A stretch of DNA of 64,000 bases from Verrucomicrobiota bacterium. Lineage in GTDB: Bacteria > Verrucomicrobiota > Verrucomicrobiia > Limisphaerales > AAA164-E04. The stretch's first letter is position 1. Each line of letters opens with the position of its first letter. The translations under genes were made by a program, and so were the position numbers. Below are positions 21,647-32,365 of this stretch, piece by piece. The stretch covers positions 3,584,001 to 3,648,000 of the forward strand of contig CP170459.1 in assembly GCA_047947115.1 (NCBI GenBank), read 5' to 3'. A model generated the notes under the pieces. It saw only the letters and a list, made by a program, of their open reading frames with translations, searched no databases and was not told the DNA's origin.

Positions 21647-24600
21647 TTATTCCCCCCGCAAATACGACAGTAAATCCGCCACTTGCTGCAAGCTCAGTGC
21701 ATCGATGATTCCTTCCGGCATGAAAGAGAAGGGGAGGTTGCGGAGAAAACCACCTTCATTGCGCTGAAAGCTGCGCTCTATGCCGTTGGGTAGTTTCAGG
21801 GTGAGTTGATCCATGTTTTCGAAACTGAGGAGTCCCACGTAGGCTTCTTCGGTTTCCGTGGTCCATTCCACTCCTTCGAATCCCGAGGCAATTTCACGAT
21901 TGGGATCGACGATGTGAAGGAGGATGCTTTCCTTGGCTTGATTGCGTATGCCGAACAGATCGGGTCCCAGCGCGTAACCTTCCTGATCAAGCCGATGGCA
22001 CGAACTGCACATGGTGGTGAACAGGACTTTGCCAATGGCGGGATTGCCTTCCAATTTCGCCGCTGGCTTGTATCGCTGATAGGAAGCAGCCGCATCCGGA
22101 GAAGCTTGTTTTCCCAGTATGTCTTCCAGACGTTGTTGTTGTGCATCGGTAAGCTGACGCTTCCACTGGTTGCGTAAATTGACGTTAAGCATGCCGGGCG
22201 GAATCACGGAGTCTTCCAGCGCTTGTATCACCAGGTCGGCATGGACACGATCAGAACAAGCGGATTGAATGAAACGATTGCGTGCATCGTGGGGAAGTCG
22301 GTTCCAGATGGTCGGATCCAGCGCGGCCTCGATGATTTCCTTTCCTTGATTCGATGTGGCGGCATTCAACACCAGATCCAGCAAAGCATTATCATGAAGA
22401 TCGACCGCCTGATGGAGATTCCAAACCCATCGATCCATACCGGCCAATACTCGAAAACGCTGTAGGACTGAAATTTCTTCATGGTTCAAATGCTCCATCG
22501 GATATTCTTCCAAGCGCTGTCGTACCGATGGCCAAGCGGCCGCTTGTTCTGGGGATCCCCACCCAAGCCAGGGCAGGTCCGGGTTTGCTGCGGGTAGTTT
22601 GCCGGAACCATCCATGCCAAGCAGGAGCGCTGCGAAAAGTATGGCACTGTTTGCCGGCTGGTCATATTGTTCGAAAAATTTTCGACTATTGAGATCATTT
22701 GCGCTAGATCGCAATCCGAATCCGGAGGCTGGTTTTCGCCGTATCAAGTCGGATATGAGTTCGTTCGAATGGGAACCATCCAGAACGGCCATCCTGGAAA
22801 GATCTTCCACCGATGTCAAAGCTCCAACTTTGTTGAAGACCGCGAAAGAAGCTTTTAGATGATCAGTTATGTAATCATCGGTATGGGGGAAACGGTATAT
22901 TTCTTTCAAGATATCTCGGTTATAACCGGAAGAAGCATTGAAGCAAGCGGCTCGGATCCATTCGGAATCACAGTGCTGAACCAGGAGCCTTCCCAGAAAA
23001 ACCGAACGCAGGGGATGATCCCAGAAGCGTGAAGCCATGCCGAGCTGGAACAAATACCCTAAATTGTCAGATAAGTGTGGATTGGGTTCCCGAGGAATGT
23101 AGGGGAAATGCGAATTGTAAAAAATGATTTCAAAATTCGTAAGCTTTGGAAATCCTGAGTCCGGTTCTGTTTCAATAAAACCAAATTTTCGTGAGGAGGC
23201 TTCCAGGGCAGCATCATATTCCGATTGAGTGAGTTGGATGTTGATCGAGGTGTTTGTCAAATCGTTTGGCGTAGTCCAGCACTTGTCGCTCTCATCAATC
23301 AGATGTGCGTTTTCACGGAAAAGGAGCCACATGTAGCCATCTTCATGCAAGGCGAGGGTATGGTTGTCTTCAATTTCAAGTAGAACGGCTTTACCAATTT
23401 TCTCATCGTTCAGTCCTTTCACGATTTCCCTGAATTTGGTTTCCTTGGCCCATTGGTTTTTGGCTTTAAGGGCTGATTTTATTTCTGATACAGCTGGGTA
23501 AAAATCGTTTGTTTTAAAGTCGATGATTTGACGCTCAAATGTTTCCTTTGCCCGTATCCGATAAATCCGCCCCATACTCTTACCAGATTCAAAATCCGTT
23601 CGCTTTCTTACTTCCTGAGGAAGGTAGTCCGGGTGCTCGATGGTTTTGCGTCGCATGTCGCAGACGTATAATGCCCCGTCGGGCCCCGTTGTGAGAAAGA
23701 CAGGTCGAAACCAGTGGTCCGTGGACGCCACGAATTCTGTCCGGGTGTTTTCGCGGCGGGCTGCAAAGCTTGGGCCTTTCGGAATCAATTCATCAAAATG
23801 AATCAGGTTGCCGGTTGGGTCACAGGAAAACACGTGGCCAAAGTAACGCTCGGGAAGTCCGTTGCTTTCATAGATCGTCACGGCGCAGGCTGCAGTAAAG
23901 GTTCCTGCATGCGAATCCGCGGTGGTGAGGTGTTGTGTCAACGGGTAAATGCGCGCGCCGGCGTTATAGCCTTTAAGCAGATCATCCAGTCTTTCTTCAG
24001 GGAGGTTCTCCGCCGTTTTGTTGAAATGGAAATGCGGGTTGGCTCCCCAGGTGGTGTCTTCGGTCATGACTTGCTGGACCTGAATGCGGTTCATGCAGAT
24101 GAAACGGTTGCCGAAACGATCGAAATCCAGTCCGAACTGTGATTTGCCTGTGGTGGGTTTCAGGCGCCAATCGTAGGGATGGAAACGCAAGTCATGTCGG
24201 CGCATGTCCACGGTGTACTCCTCTTTTTGCCAGGGCGCTTTGACGCGTCCTCCGCTCAGTCCGCCTGCCAGATAGATCCAACCGTCCGGCCCGAGCGTTG
24301 GATCGTTGACGCGCAGTTGGGTTGATCTGGAAGTGTCGAATCCGGTCAACAGGACCTGCCTGAGGTCGCAGATCCCGTCTCCATCGGTGTCTTTCATGAA
24401 GAGGACATCGGGCGCATCGGTGACGATCACACCATTTTCCCAGGGCAGGACGCCGTTTGGATAGTTGAGGTGGGAGGCAAACGTGGATCGGTTTTCGTAG
24501 TAGCCGTCCCCATCCAGATCCTGCAACAACGCGATAGTGCCTGCTTTGCCGCCTTCGATGGTTTGTGGGTAGCCACGGTTTTCCGCTACCCACATGCGTT

Positions 24601-24808
24601 GATGTTCGTCGAAAGCCATGGCCACTGGATCGATCACCAGTGGTTCTGCAGCGACGCATTCAATGGCAACATCGGAGTTCGTTCGGAATTCGGACAGGTC
24701 AATGAAGTTTTGTGCATAAAGTGCAACACTATAAAAAAGTTGCAGTCCGCAAGCCAAAGTTTTCGCAACTGATTGAAACCGAATCTTCATAAAATGCATG
24801 CGCCTCAA
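21647..24808 (-). CDS. PVC-type membrane-bound dehydrogenase / heme-binding CxxCH protein
   Basis: AAEPLVIDPVAMAFD, WFRPV...GPDGALYVCDM; C-terminal CSSCH...GPDL...SFMPEG. Confidence 0.9.
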   Translation of the reverse strand: MRRMHFMKIRFQSVAKTLACGLQLFYSVALYAQNFIDLSEFRTNSDVAIECVAAEPLVIDPVAMAFDEHQRMWVAENRGYPQTIEGGKAGTIALLQDLDGDGYYENRSTFASHLNYPNGVLPWENGVIVTDAPDVLFMKDTDGDGICDLRQVLLTGFDTSRSTQLRVNDPTLGPDGWIYLAGGLSGGRVKAPWQKEEYTVDMRRHDLRFHPYDWRLKPTTGKSQFGLDFDRFGNRFICMNRIQVQQVMTEDTTWGANPHFHFNKTAENLPEERLDDLLKGYNAGARIYPLTQHLTTADSHAGTFTAACAVTIYESNGLPERYFGHVFSCDPTGNLIHFDELIPKGPSFAARRENTRTEFVASTDHWFRPVFLTTGPDGALYVCDMRRKTIEHPDYLPQEVRKRTDFESGKSMGRIYRIRAKETFERQIIDFKTNDFYPAVSEIKSALKAKNQWAKETKFREIVKGLNDEKIGKAVLLEIEDNHTLALHEDGYMWLLFRENAHLIDESDKCWTTPNDLTNTSINIQLTQSEYDAALEASSRKFGFIETEPDSGFPKLTNFEIIFYNSHFPYIPREPNPHLSDNLGYLFQLGMASRFWDHPLRSVFLGRLLVQHCDSEWIRAACFNASSGYNRDILKEIYRFPHTDDYITDHLKASFAVFNKVGALTSVEDLSRMAVLDGSHSNELISDLIRRKPASGFGLRSSANDLNSRKFFEQYDQPANSAILFAALLLGMDGSGKLPAANPDLPWLGWGSPEQAAAWPSVRQRLEEYPMEHLNHEEISVLQRFRVLAGMDRWVWNLHQAVDLHDNALLDLVLNAATSNQGKEIIEAALDPTIWNRLPHDARNRFIQSACSDRVHADLVIQALEDSVIPPGMLNVNLRNQWKRQLTDAQQQRLEDILGKQASPDAAASYQRYKPAAKLEGNPAIGKVLFTTMCSSCHRLDQEGYALGPDLFGIRNQAKESILLHIVDPNREIASGFEGVEWTTETEEAYVGLLSFENMDQLTLKLPNGIERSFQRNEGGFLRNLPFSFMPEGIIDALSLQQVADLLSYLRGE

Positions 24809-24821
24809 AGTGATTCCCGGC

Positions 24822-26309
24822 TCATCGTGCTTCCTGATCCAACTCGCTCAACATTTCCTGAAGGTTTCTTACGATCTTCAGCGATGCATCCTCTTCAAGA
24901 TAACTGCTGCGAGCCCGCCATGTTTCGTATCCGCCCCAGGCATGTTGTTGGGGTGTGGGTAGGTAGCCGTTGTAACCGTTGGCAAGTTCCACCACCATTT
25001 GTTGCGGAAAGGGGGATGAGTGCTTCAATTGCAAACCAATCTCGACAAAGGTTTCCGCAGGCAGGGATACGATTCCAAAACTGCCGAGTCGAATGGCTTG
25101 CAACTTGACAGCGACTTTGTCAGGGAAATCACGCAGCAAAAGGGATTCGCGTGCGTAGATTTCCGCTTGCGACCATTGGCTCATGTCCTTTTCTTGTGCC
25201 TCCTTCAGGATTCGGTGGATGCGATCCCATTCGTGATCGGCCGCCTTTCGCACCCTTAATTGTATTTCCCGCTCTCGTATGGAAATGGGCAAAGAGTCCT
25301 TCCATTCCATCTTGCGAAATCCTTCATTCACCGAATGGGCTACGTCCTTGGCGACAAATCTGATTTGTTCGTACAGATCCTTGCGCGGCGGGGCCGTTGT
25401 CAGTCCGTAGTTCAAATTGTTGATATCTCCGCTCGCCCCATTGGAGAGTATGCCGACAAAAGGTTGATCTCCGTATGTCTCCTTCAACATGCCGGCAAGT
25501 TCATTGGCAAAGGCGCCAAAGTAATCTCCAGATAATCCTCGAACGCCTCCCACGTAGTGCAGACTGTAGTTTGCGTAGATACATAAGGGGGAACCATTCT
25601 TTCGTAAAGCAGCCAGGATATTGATTTCCGGGTCACGCGGTCCGGCCGGGCGTTCAATGTCCGGGTTTCCATAACCAGGATTCATACGCACGGTGTCGGC
25701 TTCGGAGCCAAAGGGGTTTTCGTAGGATGTGCCACCTTTCAGATGCCAGCGGCGGTTGAACACATGGCGATCGTTTTCAATGGAGAACCATCCGATCCGG
25801 GCGGGCTCGAGTTGATGAAAGGCCTGAATGATGCCCTGGGCTGTCTTTTCCACGAGTTCGGGGATGTATTCCGATTCCGGATCATTGAGGAAGAGTCCGG
25901 TCAATGGTGGTGCCGAATGCGTGTGGGTGGCTGAAAGCAGCATGTGAGAGGTTGGGATGCCTGTTGCTGTGGACGCCTTGGTCTTGATCGCGTCAAATAC
26001 TTCCCTAGGTATCACACAGTTGTCGATCGTTCCGATGACAAAGGTTGTTGCATCGTTTTCGATGATCATCAGACGTGCCTTGAGGGGATCATGGATGTCG
26101 GTTGCCTGATTCGGGCGCATCGATCCGGCCATGCGTATGGGTAAATACGAGGGGGTGACATCCATCGCAACGGCCGAGGCTTTCAAGGAGGCTTCCATTG
26201 TTTGAGTTGCCGACAAGATACCCAAAAGAGAGAGCATCCAGAATAATGAACATGGCAAAAGGCTGGCCCTGTCGGGAGCCGGATGCGTTTTTAGGTCTTG
26301 TGCATTCAT
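24822..26309 (-). CDS. Neutral/alkaline ceramidase-like hydrolase (PVC type)
   Basis: IHDPLKAR, SATHTHSAP, NYSLHY, GASGDIN, LPAETF, ELANGYNGYLPT, GGYE. Confidence 0.85.
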   Translation of the reverse strand: MNAQDLKTHPAPDRASLLPCSLFWMLSLLGILSATQTMEASLKASAVAMDVTPSYLPIRMAGSMRPNQATDIHDPLKARLMIIENDATTFVIGTIDNCVIPREVFDAIKTKASTATGIPTSHMLLSATHTHSAPPLTGLFLNDPESEYIPELVEKTAQGIIQAFHQLEPARIGWFSIENDRHVFNRRWHLKGGTSYENPFGSEADTVRMNPGYGNPDIERPAGPRDPEINILAALRKNGSPLCIYANYSLHYVGGVRGLSGDYFGAFANELAGMLKETYGDQPFVGILSNGASGDINNLNYGLTTAPPRKDLYEQIRFVAKDVAHSVNEGFRKMEWKDSLPISIREREIQLRVRKAADHEWDRIHRILKEAQEKDMSQWSQAEIYARESLLLRDFPDKVAVKLQAIRLGSFGIVSLPAETFVEIGLQLKHSSPFPQQMVVELANGYNGYLPTPQQHAWGGYETWRARSSYLEEDASLKIVRNLQEMLSELDQEAR

Positions 26310-26312
26310 AAT

Positions 26313-28004
26313 CTAAGATTCGATTTTCTTGTCATCCTGTTCTTTTTGTGGATCGGGTTTTGGCCGGGGTGGAACGGTCAACCATAAATGGTCGATCTTT
26401 CGATAAACCTGGTCCATGTAACCATTGGGCACTCCGTTATTGACGGATGTGGTGACGGTGATTTTACCTGCTGGATACCGGTTATTGGATTGATCAACAT
26501 CGACGCCTACGATCTGCAGCTCACCCTGGAAAGGTTGGCTGGAAGGTGAGGCGTGCAGGAACAACTTGATGCTTTTCTTGGTTTTGTCCGCAAAGACGGG
26601 AGAACAGGACACTCCGGGCGGCAGTAATCTAGCTTGAACCTTGATGTCCGCATCATGATTGAAATCACGCTGGATGGTTACTTTGATTTCCGTTGATTCC
26701 CCTGGTTTCAAGGTGAATTCCGAGGCGTCAACACTGAGTTCACAACTCGGTGATTTTGTTTCTCGAATCAAACGGTAAAAATGATCCTTGCCCCCGTCAT
26801 GTGTCAGTGAGGTGACTTGCAGATAACAGGTTTCTGCTGCCGGGGCTTTCCAGTCGATGCGTGGATCGCCCAAGGTGGCGCTATCGTCATCGGATTTGAG
26901 TTCCTTTTGATCCTTGTCAAAAAGTTTCAGAGTCAGATCACAGGGGTAACCCAGGCGGGCGGATTGGATCTCGAATCGATACCAACGATCCTTTTCGGCT
27001 TTGAAAGCAAACCAGTCCACATCTCCCGGATGCTGCAGGATCCCACTTCCATGTGACACCAGAAAGGTGGCCGTTTCCGCCGATTGATTGGGTTCCTGTT
27101 CCAGAGAGACTCCGGTTGCCTTGATGAGGCTTTGTTGCAGATCTGTGGTTAATTCCAGGCTGGAGAGCCAAGCGTTGTCACCCTGGATTTTGTTCAAATT
27201 CCAGCCATGCAAGTGAAGTGATTGGTTGGGATCATTACCCGGTAGATCCATTGTGCGCACATAGGCCTGATGCGTCAACAACAGGCGGTAGATGTATCCA
27301 CTGCCACCGCCCAGGCGTTCACTTGAGGTGGCGGGGTAGGGGAATCCCATGATTTGAATCCAATAGTTGCCGGTTTTGGGAGCTTGAAAAGCAATTCTTG
27401 GGTCCAGGTAATAACTGTCATGATTCCAAGCCAGCACCCGATTGACATCGTCCAGGACACGTATCAAAGGATCGGTGGTGGAACCCAGCACGTAGGCGTC
27501 CATGCGGGCCACCAGAGTTTCTCCCTCGTTCAGGTGCACTTTGAACGTATCGACATCCTGGCCGCGCTCCATCTGGCCGTGAATAAGGCAGGGGAGCCGG
27601 GGGATTTGGGTAGATTCCCCAATATGGTCATTGGGTTCCGTCTCAAGATAACCGGTTGTTTGGCTGACAATGAAATAACGTGGAATCGAAGCACCATCTT
27701 CATTGAAGAAACGAACCAGCCTGGGACCCTGTTTGGCATCCGAAGCCACTTCCACGTTCCATTCCCCTTTCTTTTCAGTGGGCGAAAATACAACACCATC
27801 ACCGGAAACCCAGCATTGTGGTGGCCAAGGTTCAGCTTTACCGATCGCCTTGACCGTGACCGTCTGGCCGATGCCTGCACCAACAGGAAACAAATGATCC
27901 AAAACGGGTGCCTCAGCTTGTGGTGAGTTTGTCAGGAAGACGTTCAAAGCCAGGGCAAAGGCCAGGTAGCTCCGCAAACAGTCAAATTGGCTATTGAAAA
28001 ACAT
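26313..28004 (-). CDS. Pre-peptidase C-terminal (PPC) domain-containing secreted protein
   Basis: ETEPND/EQEPNQ, DVDTF/DVDWF and DPRI repeats typical of PVC PPC proteins. Confidence 0.82.
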   Translation of the reverse strand: MFFNSQFDCLRSYLAFALALNVFLTNSPQAEAPVLDHLFPVGAGIGQTVTVKAIGKAEPWPPQCWVSGDGVVFSPTEKKGEWNVEVASDAKQGPRLVRFFNEDGASIPRYFIVSQTTGYLETEPNDHIGESTQIPRLPCLIHGQMERGQDVDTFKVHLNEGETLVARMDAYVLGSTTDPLIRVLDDVNRVLAWNHDSYYLDPRIAFQAPKTGNYWIQIMGFPYPATSSERLGGGSGYIYRLLLTHQAYVRTMDLPGNDPNQSLHLHGWNLNKIQGDNAWLSSLELTTDLQQSLIKATGVSLEQEPNQSAETATFLVSHGSGILQHPGDVDWFAFKAEKDRWYRFEIQSARLGYPCDLTLKLFDKDQKELKSDDDSATLGDPRIDWKAPAAETCYLQVTSLTHDGGKDHFYRLIRETKSPSCELSVDASEFTLKPGESTEIKVTIQRDFNHDADIKVQARLLPPGVSCSPVFADKTKKSIKLFLHASPSSQPFQGELQIVGVDVDQSNNRYPAGKITVTTSVNNGVPNGYMDQVYRKIDHLWLTVPPRPKPDPQKEQDDKKIES

Positions 28005-28229
28005 AGATCGGGTATGGACGCATCATAGACCCAGCCCGATACATGCATCAAGTCGTGAGTTGGCTGGTTTTTTGAAGGATGCGAGCTTGGGACGATGTTT
28101 CATTTGAGGCCCCCGTGCTTTGTTCCTTCTTCGCTTGCCTTTGCGTCATGAAATAGGAACAATAGCCGTTCTCGGGTGGTCCCAGGGATCATCCGTTGAA
28201 CCGTGAACCTGAAATTGAATATATAATCT

Positions 28230-29222
28230 ATGAACACAACTCCCATTCGTGTTGCGGTGACTGGTGCCGCTGGTCAGATTGGTTACTCACTCCTTTTCCG
28301 GATTGCTTCCGGTGCGATGTTTGGCCCCAAACAACCCGTTATACTCCACTTGCTTGAAATTGAACCGGCACTTCCTGCTTTGCAAGGTGTTTGTATGGAA
28401 CTGGAAGACTGTGCATTCCCCCTCTTGAAGGGCATTGTTCCCACATCGGATCTCAATCAAGGTTTCAGTGGTGTCAATTGGGCACTCCTGGTGGGCAGTG
28501 TGCCTCGCAAGCAGGGCATGGAACGCCAGGATCTCCTGGGCATCAACGGTAAGATTTTCATTGGTCAGGGACAGGCCATTCAGAACAACGCTGCTTCGGA
28601 TGTCAGGACGGTTGTGGTTGGGAATCCTTGTAACACCAACTGCCTGATTGCCATGAACAATGCCCCCGATGTGCCTCGTGACCGTTGGTTTGCCATGACA
28701 CGCCTGGATGAAAACCGTGGCAAATCCCAGTTGGCCAAAAAAGCAGGCGTGGATGTGACGGATGTTTCCAACCTGGCTGTCTGGGGAAATCACTCTGCGA
28801 CCCAGTATCCTGATTTTACCAACGCACGGATTCAGGGCAAACCCGTGATCGATGTCATTTCGGACCACGCCTGGTTGGAGGGTGAATTTCTCTCCACCGT
28901 TCAGCAGCGTGGCGCGGCGATCATCAAGGCGCGCGGGGCATCCAGTGCCGCCAGCGCGGCCAACGCCGTGGTGGATACCGTGGCATCCATCATCAATCCG
29001 ACATTGAACGGGGATTGGCACAGCGTATGCCTTTGTTCAGATGGTAGTTATGGGGTTGAGAAAGGTCTGATCAGTTCCTTTCCTGTGCGCAGCCGCGACC
29101 AAAAAATCGATGTGGTCACCGGCCTGGAAATCAATGCCTTCAGCCAGTCCAAAATTGATGCCACCGTCAATGAACTGAAGGAAGAGAAGGCGATGGTGGC
29201 CGATCTTCTGCCCGGAGCTTGA
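28230..29222 (+). CDS. mdh: Malate dehydrogenase (type 2)
   Basis: [48 protein letters not shown]. Confidence 0.97.
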   Translation: MNTTPIRVAVTGAAGQIGYSLLFRIASGAMFGPKQPVILHLLEIEPALPALQGVCMELEDCAFPLLKGIVPTSDLNQGFSGVNWALLVGSVPRKQGMERQDLLGINGKIFIGQGQAIQNNAASDVRTVVVGNPCNTNCLIAMNNAPDVPRDRWFAMTRLDENRGKSQLAKKAGVDVTDVSNLAVWGNHSATQYPDFTNARIQGKPVIDVISDHAWLEGEFLSTVQQRGAAIIKARGASSAASAANAVVDTVASIINPTLNGDWHSVCLCSDGSYGVEKGLISSFPVRSRDQKIDVVTGLEINAFSQSKIDATVNELKEEKAMVADLLPGA

Positions 29223-29224
29223 GC

Positions 29225-29929
29225 ATGTCCGAATTTGACGCCCCTGTTTCCGAACTGGCGAAGCATCTGGATTACACATTGCTGAAACCGGATGCCACCC
29301 TTGAGGAAATCCGAGCCCGCTGTCAGGAGGCAGCGGAGCTTGGGGTTTATGGTGTCACCGTACACAGCTCGAGGGTTGTAGCGGCCTCCATGGTTTTGGA
29401 AGAAACTCCGGTGAAGGTGACGTGCGTGATCGGTTTCCCGTTTGGAGCCATGGATTCGGATGTCAAACGCTACGAAACCGAAGCCGCCGCCGACATGGGA
29501 GCACAGGAGTTTGCGCTGGTGATCAATCCCGCCATGCTCAAAGATGGCCGGCCAAAAGTGTTTTTCCGGGAATTGCGTGATGTGGTGGAAGCGGCTGAAG
29601 TGTGTCCGGTGAAGGCCGTGTTTTGTCAGGGGTTGTTCAGCGAACAGGAGGCACAGGATGCGGTCGAAATGGTCAGGGAAGCCGGGGTGCGAACGATCGA
29701 GCTGTTGGGCGGCGTACGGCCCGAGCCACTGGTTCCTGAAGAATTCCTCAAACTGAAGAAACATTGCCCAGAGGGTATGCAGTTCAAGGTGACCGGTCCG
29801 TTTGTGCGCCAGAGCGAGGTGTTGGGATTCCTCAAAGCAGGTGTCAACTGGGTAGGCACGCCGGAAGCTCGCTTGGTTCTGGAAAACGACGAATTGGACG
29901 AACCGGAGCATACTCCTTTTCGGTCCTGA
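29225..29929 (+). CDS. DeoC-like aldolase-fold protein lacking catalytic residues
   Basis: LDYTLLKP, VIGFPFG and ET..A...GA.E match DeoC; FVKTSTG is replaced by TIELLGG. Confidence 0.8.
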   Translation: MSEFDAPVSELAKHLDYTLLKPDATLEEIRARCQEAAELGVYGVTVHSSRVVAASMVLEETPVKVTCVIGFPFGAMDSDVKRYETEAAADMGAQEFALVINPAMLKDGRPKVFFRELRDVVEAAEVCPVKAVFCQGLFSEQEAQDAVEMVREAGVRTIELLGGVRPEPLVPEEFLKLKKHCPEGMQFKVTGPFVRQSEVLGFLKAGVNWVGTPEARLVLENDELDEPEHTPFRS

Positions 29930-30006
29930 CAAAAAAATAGACAGGCCCTCTTTGGGTGTTAGGGTTCTCCTTTCCGAACAAGACAGTTAGAGAAAAGAAC
30001 CGGCAT

Positions 30007-32238
30007 ATGAAAGAAACAGGTTACAAAGACTATTTGTGGAAGGATTTAACGGCGGGGTTGGTGGTGTTTTTGGTGGCTCTACCCCTGTGCCTCGGGATTG
30101 CGCTGGCTTCCAATGCGCCATTGATCAGCGGACTGGTGGCCGGGATTGTGGGCGGCTTGCTTGTTTCCTGGTTGAGCGGATCGCACACCAGTGTCAGCGG
30201 CCCCGCCGCGGGCCTGACGGCGATCGTGTTTGCCCAGATCACCAAACTTGGATCTTACGAAACGTTTTTGTGTGCCGTGGTGTTGGCCGGGGTCTTTCAA
30301 GTCTTTCTCGGTTGGATCAAGGCTGGTTCACTTGCAGCTTTCTTTCCGTCCAGTGTCATCAAGGGTTTGTTGGCTGCGATCGGGATTATTCTCATATTGA
30401 AACAAATACCGCATCTCTTTGGGCATGATCCCGATTGGATGGGGGATATGTCTTTTATCCAGGACGACGGCAAAAACACTTTTTCCGAAATTCTCGCAAC
30501 GACTTTCGATATTCACCCGGGGGCGACGGCAGTTGGGTTGTTGTCACTGATCCTGCTGGTGGTATGGGACAAAACCCCGCTCAAAAAAATTCCCGTTCCT
30601 GCGCCCTTGGCGGTTGTTGTGTTTGGCACTCTCCTGTCGAAGTTGATATCGCCGATGGGAGGGCTGATGAGCATCGGCGCCAGTCATCTGGTTCAGGTGC
30701 CGGTTTCAGATTCTCTGGGAGCGGTGATGGATTCTCTTGCTTTTCCGAATTACAAGGCATTGTTGAGCGCCAATGTGTTGGTCGCGGCTTTGACCATTGC
30801 TGTTGTTGCCACTTTGGAAACCTTGCTCAATCTTGAGGCTGTCGACAAGTTGGATTCCAAGCAACGTGTTTCACCTCCGAATCGTGAATTGATGGCGCAA
30901 GGGGCTGGCAACATGGTTTCGGGTTTGCTAGGAGGCCTGCCCATCACATCGGTGATCATTCGCAGTTCCGTCAATATCGCCTCAGGGGGACAGACACGCC
31001 TGTCCTGCTTTTTCCATGGTGTCTTCCTGTGCCTGACGGTGTTGTTTGTTCCGTCCGTTTTGAATCAAATTCCACTTTCCTGCCTCGCGGCCATTTTGAT
31101 GGTGACCGGATTCAAATTGGCAAACCCACAATTGTTCCGGCGAATGTGGAAAGAAGGGGTTCTCCAGTTTACCCCGTTTCTGATCACCATCATCGCCATC
31201 GTGCTGACAGACTTATTGATCGGTATTGTTGTAGGGATGGTGATTTCGATTTGTTTCATTTTGAACAGCAATTTGAAGCGTCCTTTGAGGAAGATTCATG
31301 AAAAACACGTGGGCGGAGAGGTTCTGCGTATTCAGCTTTCGAACCAGGTGAGTTTTCTTAATCGAGCTTCACTTCTAAGGACCTTGAACGAAATTCCGAA
31401 CGGCAGTCAGGTGGTGATTGATGCGCGGGACTCGGATTATGTGGACCCGGACATTTTAGATCTGCTGTCGGATTTTGAACAGCAAACCGCTCCCGCGCAT
31501 GATTTGAAACTGAGTTTGATCGGGTTCAAGGACCGGTACAAGCTGGAAGACAAGGAGCATCACATTGATGTTTCGACGCGTGATATTCAGGAGAAAGCCA
31601 CACCTCAGCAGATCTTGAATCTTTTGAGAGAAGGCAATAAACGCTTTGCGCGCGGAGAGAAGTTGTCACGCGATCTCATCAAACAGAGAGACGCCACTTC
31701 CCAAGGACAGTTTCCGCTGGCAACGGTGCTAGCATGCATGGATTCTCGAGTGCCGACCGAACTGGTGTTCGATCTGGGGATTGGAGATCTGTTCAGTGTT
31801 CGTGTCGCTGGAAACATTGCCTTCAACAAATCGATCGGCAGTTTGGAATTCGGTTGCGCTGTTGCCGGAGCCAAAGTGCTTGTCGTTCTCGGTCACACCA
31901 AATGTGGGGCCGTGAAAGCCACCATTGATTTGGTTGACCAGGGTAAAACCGCGTTGCAGGCCACTGGGTGCGAGAACCTGGATTCCGTCACAGATGTGAT
32001 TACCTGTTCCGTGAATGCCGAAACCGAGACATCCAAGGATCGATGCTCGCAAAACGAAGCGTTTGTTGATCGTGTTGCAAGACTCAATGTGCTGCAGACC
32101 ATGGAGCAGATTACCCAGAACAGTCCGACGCTGAAAAAACTCGTTGATCAAGGCGAGATACTTCTCGTTGGGGGTATTTATGACGTGAGCACCGGGCTTG
32201 TGGAGTTTCTGGGTGAACATGCCCACGGTGAAAGTTAA
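30007..32238 (+). CDS. SulP anion transporter-STAS-beta carbonic anhydrase fusion
   Basis: DLTAGLVVFLVALPLCLGIALAS, VSGPAAG, NRELMAQG; CA ligands CMDSR and HTKC, RVAGN. Confidence 0.95.
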   Translation: MKETGYKDYLWKDLTAGLVVFLVALPLCLGIALASNAPLISGLVAGIVGGLLVSWLSGSHTSVSGPAAGLTAIVFAQITKLGSYETFLCAVVLAGVFQVFLGWIKAGSLAAFFPSSVIKGLLAAIGIILILKQIPHLFGHDPDWMGDMSFIQDDGKNTFSEILATTFDIHPGATAVGLLSLILLVVWDKTPLKKIPVPAPLAVVVFGTLLSKLISPMGGLMSIGASHLVQVPVSDSLGAVMDSLAFPNYKALLSANVLVAALTIAVVATLETLLNLEAVDKLDSKQRVSPPNRELMAQGAGNMVSGLLGGLPITSVIIRSSVNIASGGQTRLSCFFHGVFLCLTVLFVPSVLNQIPLSCLAAILMVTGFKLANPQLFRRMWKEGVLQFTPFLITIIAIVLTDLLIGIVVGMVISICFILNSNLKRPLRKIHEKHVGGEVLRIQLSNQVSFLNRASLLRTLNEIPNGSQVVIDARDSDYVDPDILDLLSDFEQQTAPAHDLKLSLIGFKDRYKLEDKEHHIDVSTRDIQEKATPQQILNLLREGNKRFARGEKLSRDLIKQRDATSQGQFPLATVLACMDSRVPTELVFDLGIGDLFSVRVAGNIAFNKSIGSLEFGCAVAGAKVLVVLGHTKCGAVKATIDLVDQGKTALQATGCENLDSVTDVITCSVNAETETSKDRCSQNEAFVDRVARLNVLQTMEQITQNSPTLKKLVDQGEILLVGGIYDVSTGLVEFLGEHAHGES

Positions 32239-32365
32239 ACTGTCCGGATTCCTATTGGTTTGTCGTATATGTGAGTCTGGAGATGGGCCATTGCGTTTGC
32301 GTAATCGGGTCTCGCCTGGGGCCTATAAAAAGGTTAGTATCCTCGTAGATAAATCCGCGAGCATC

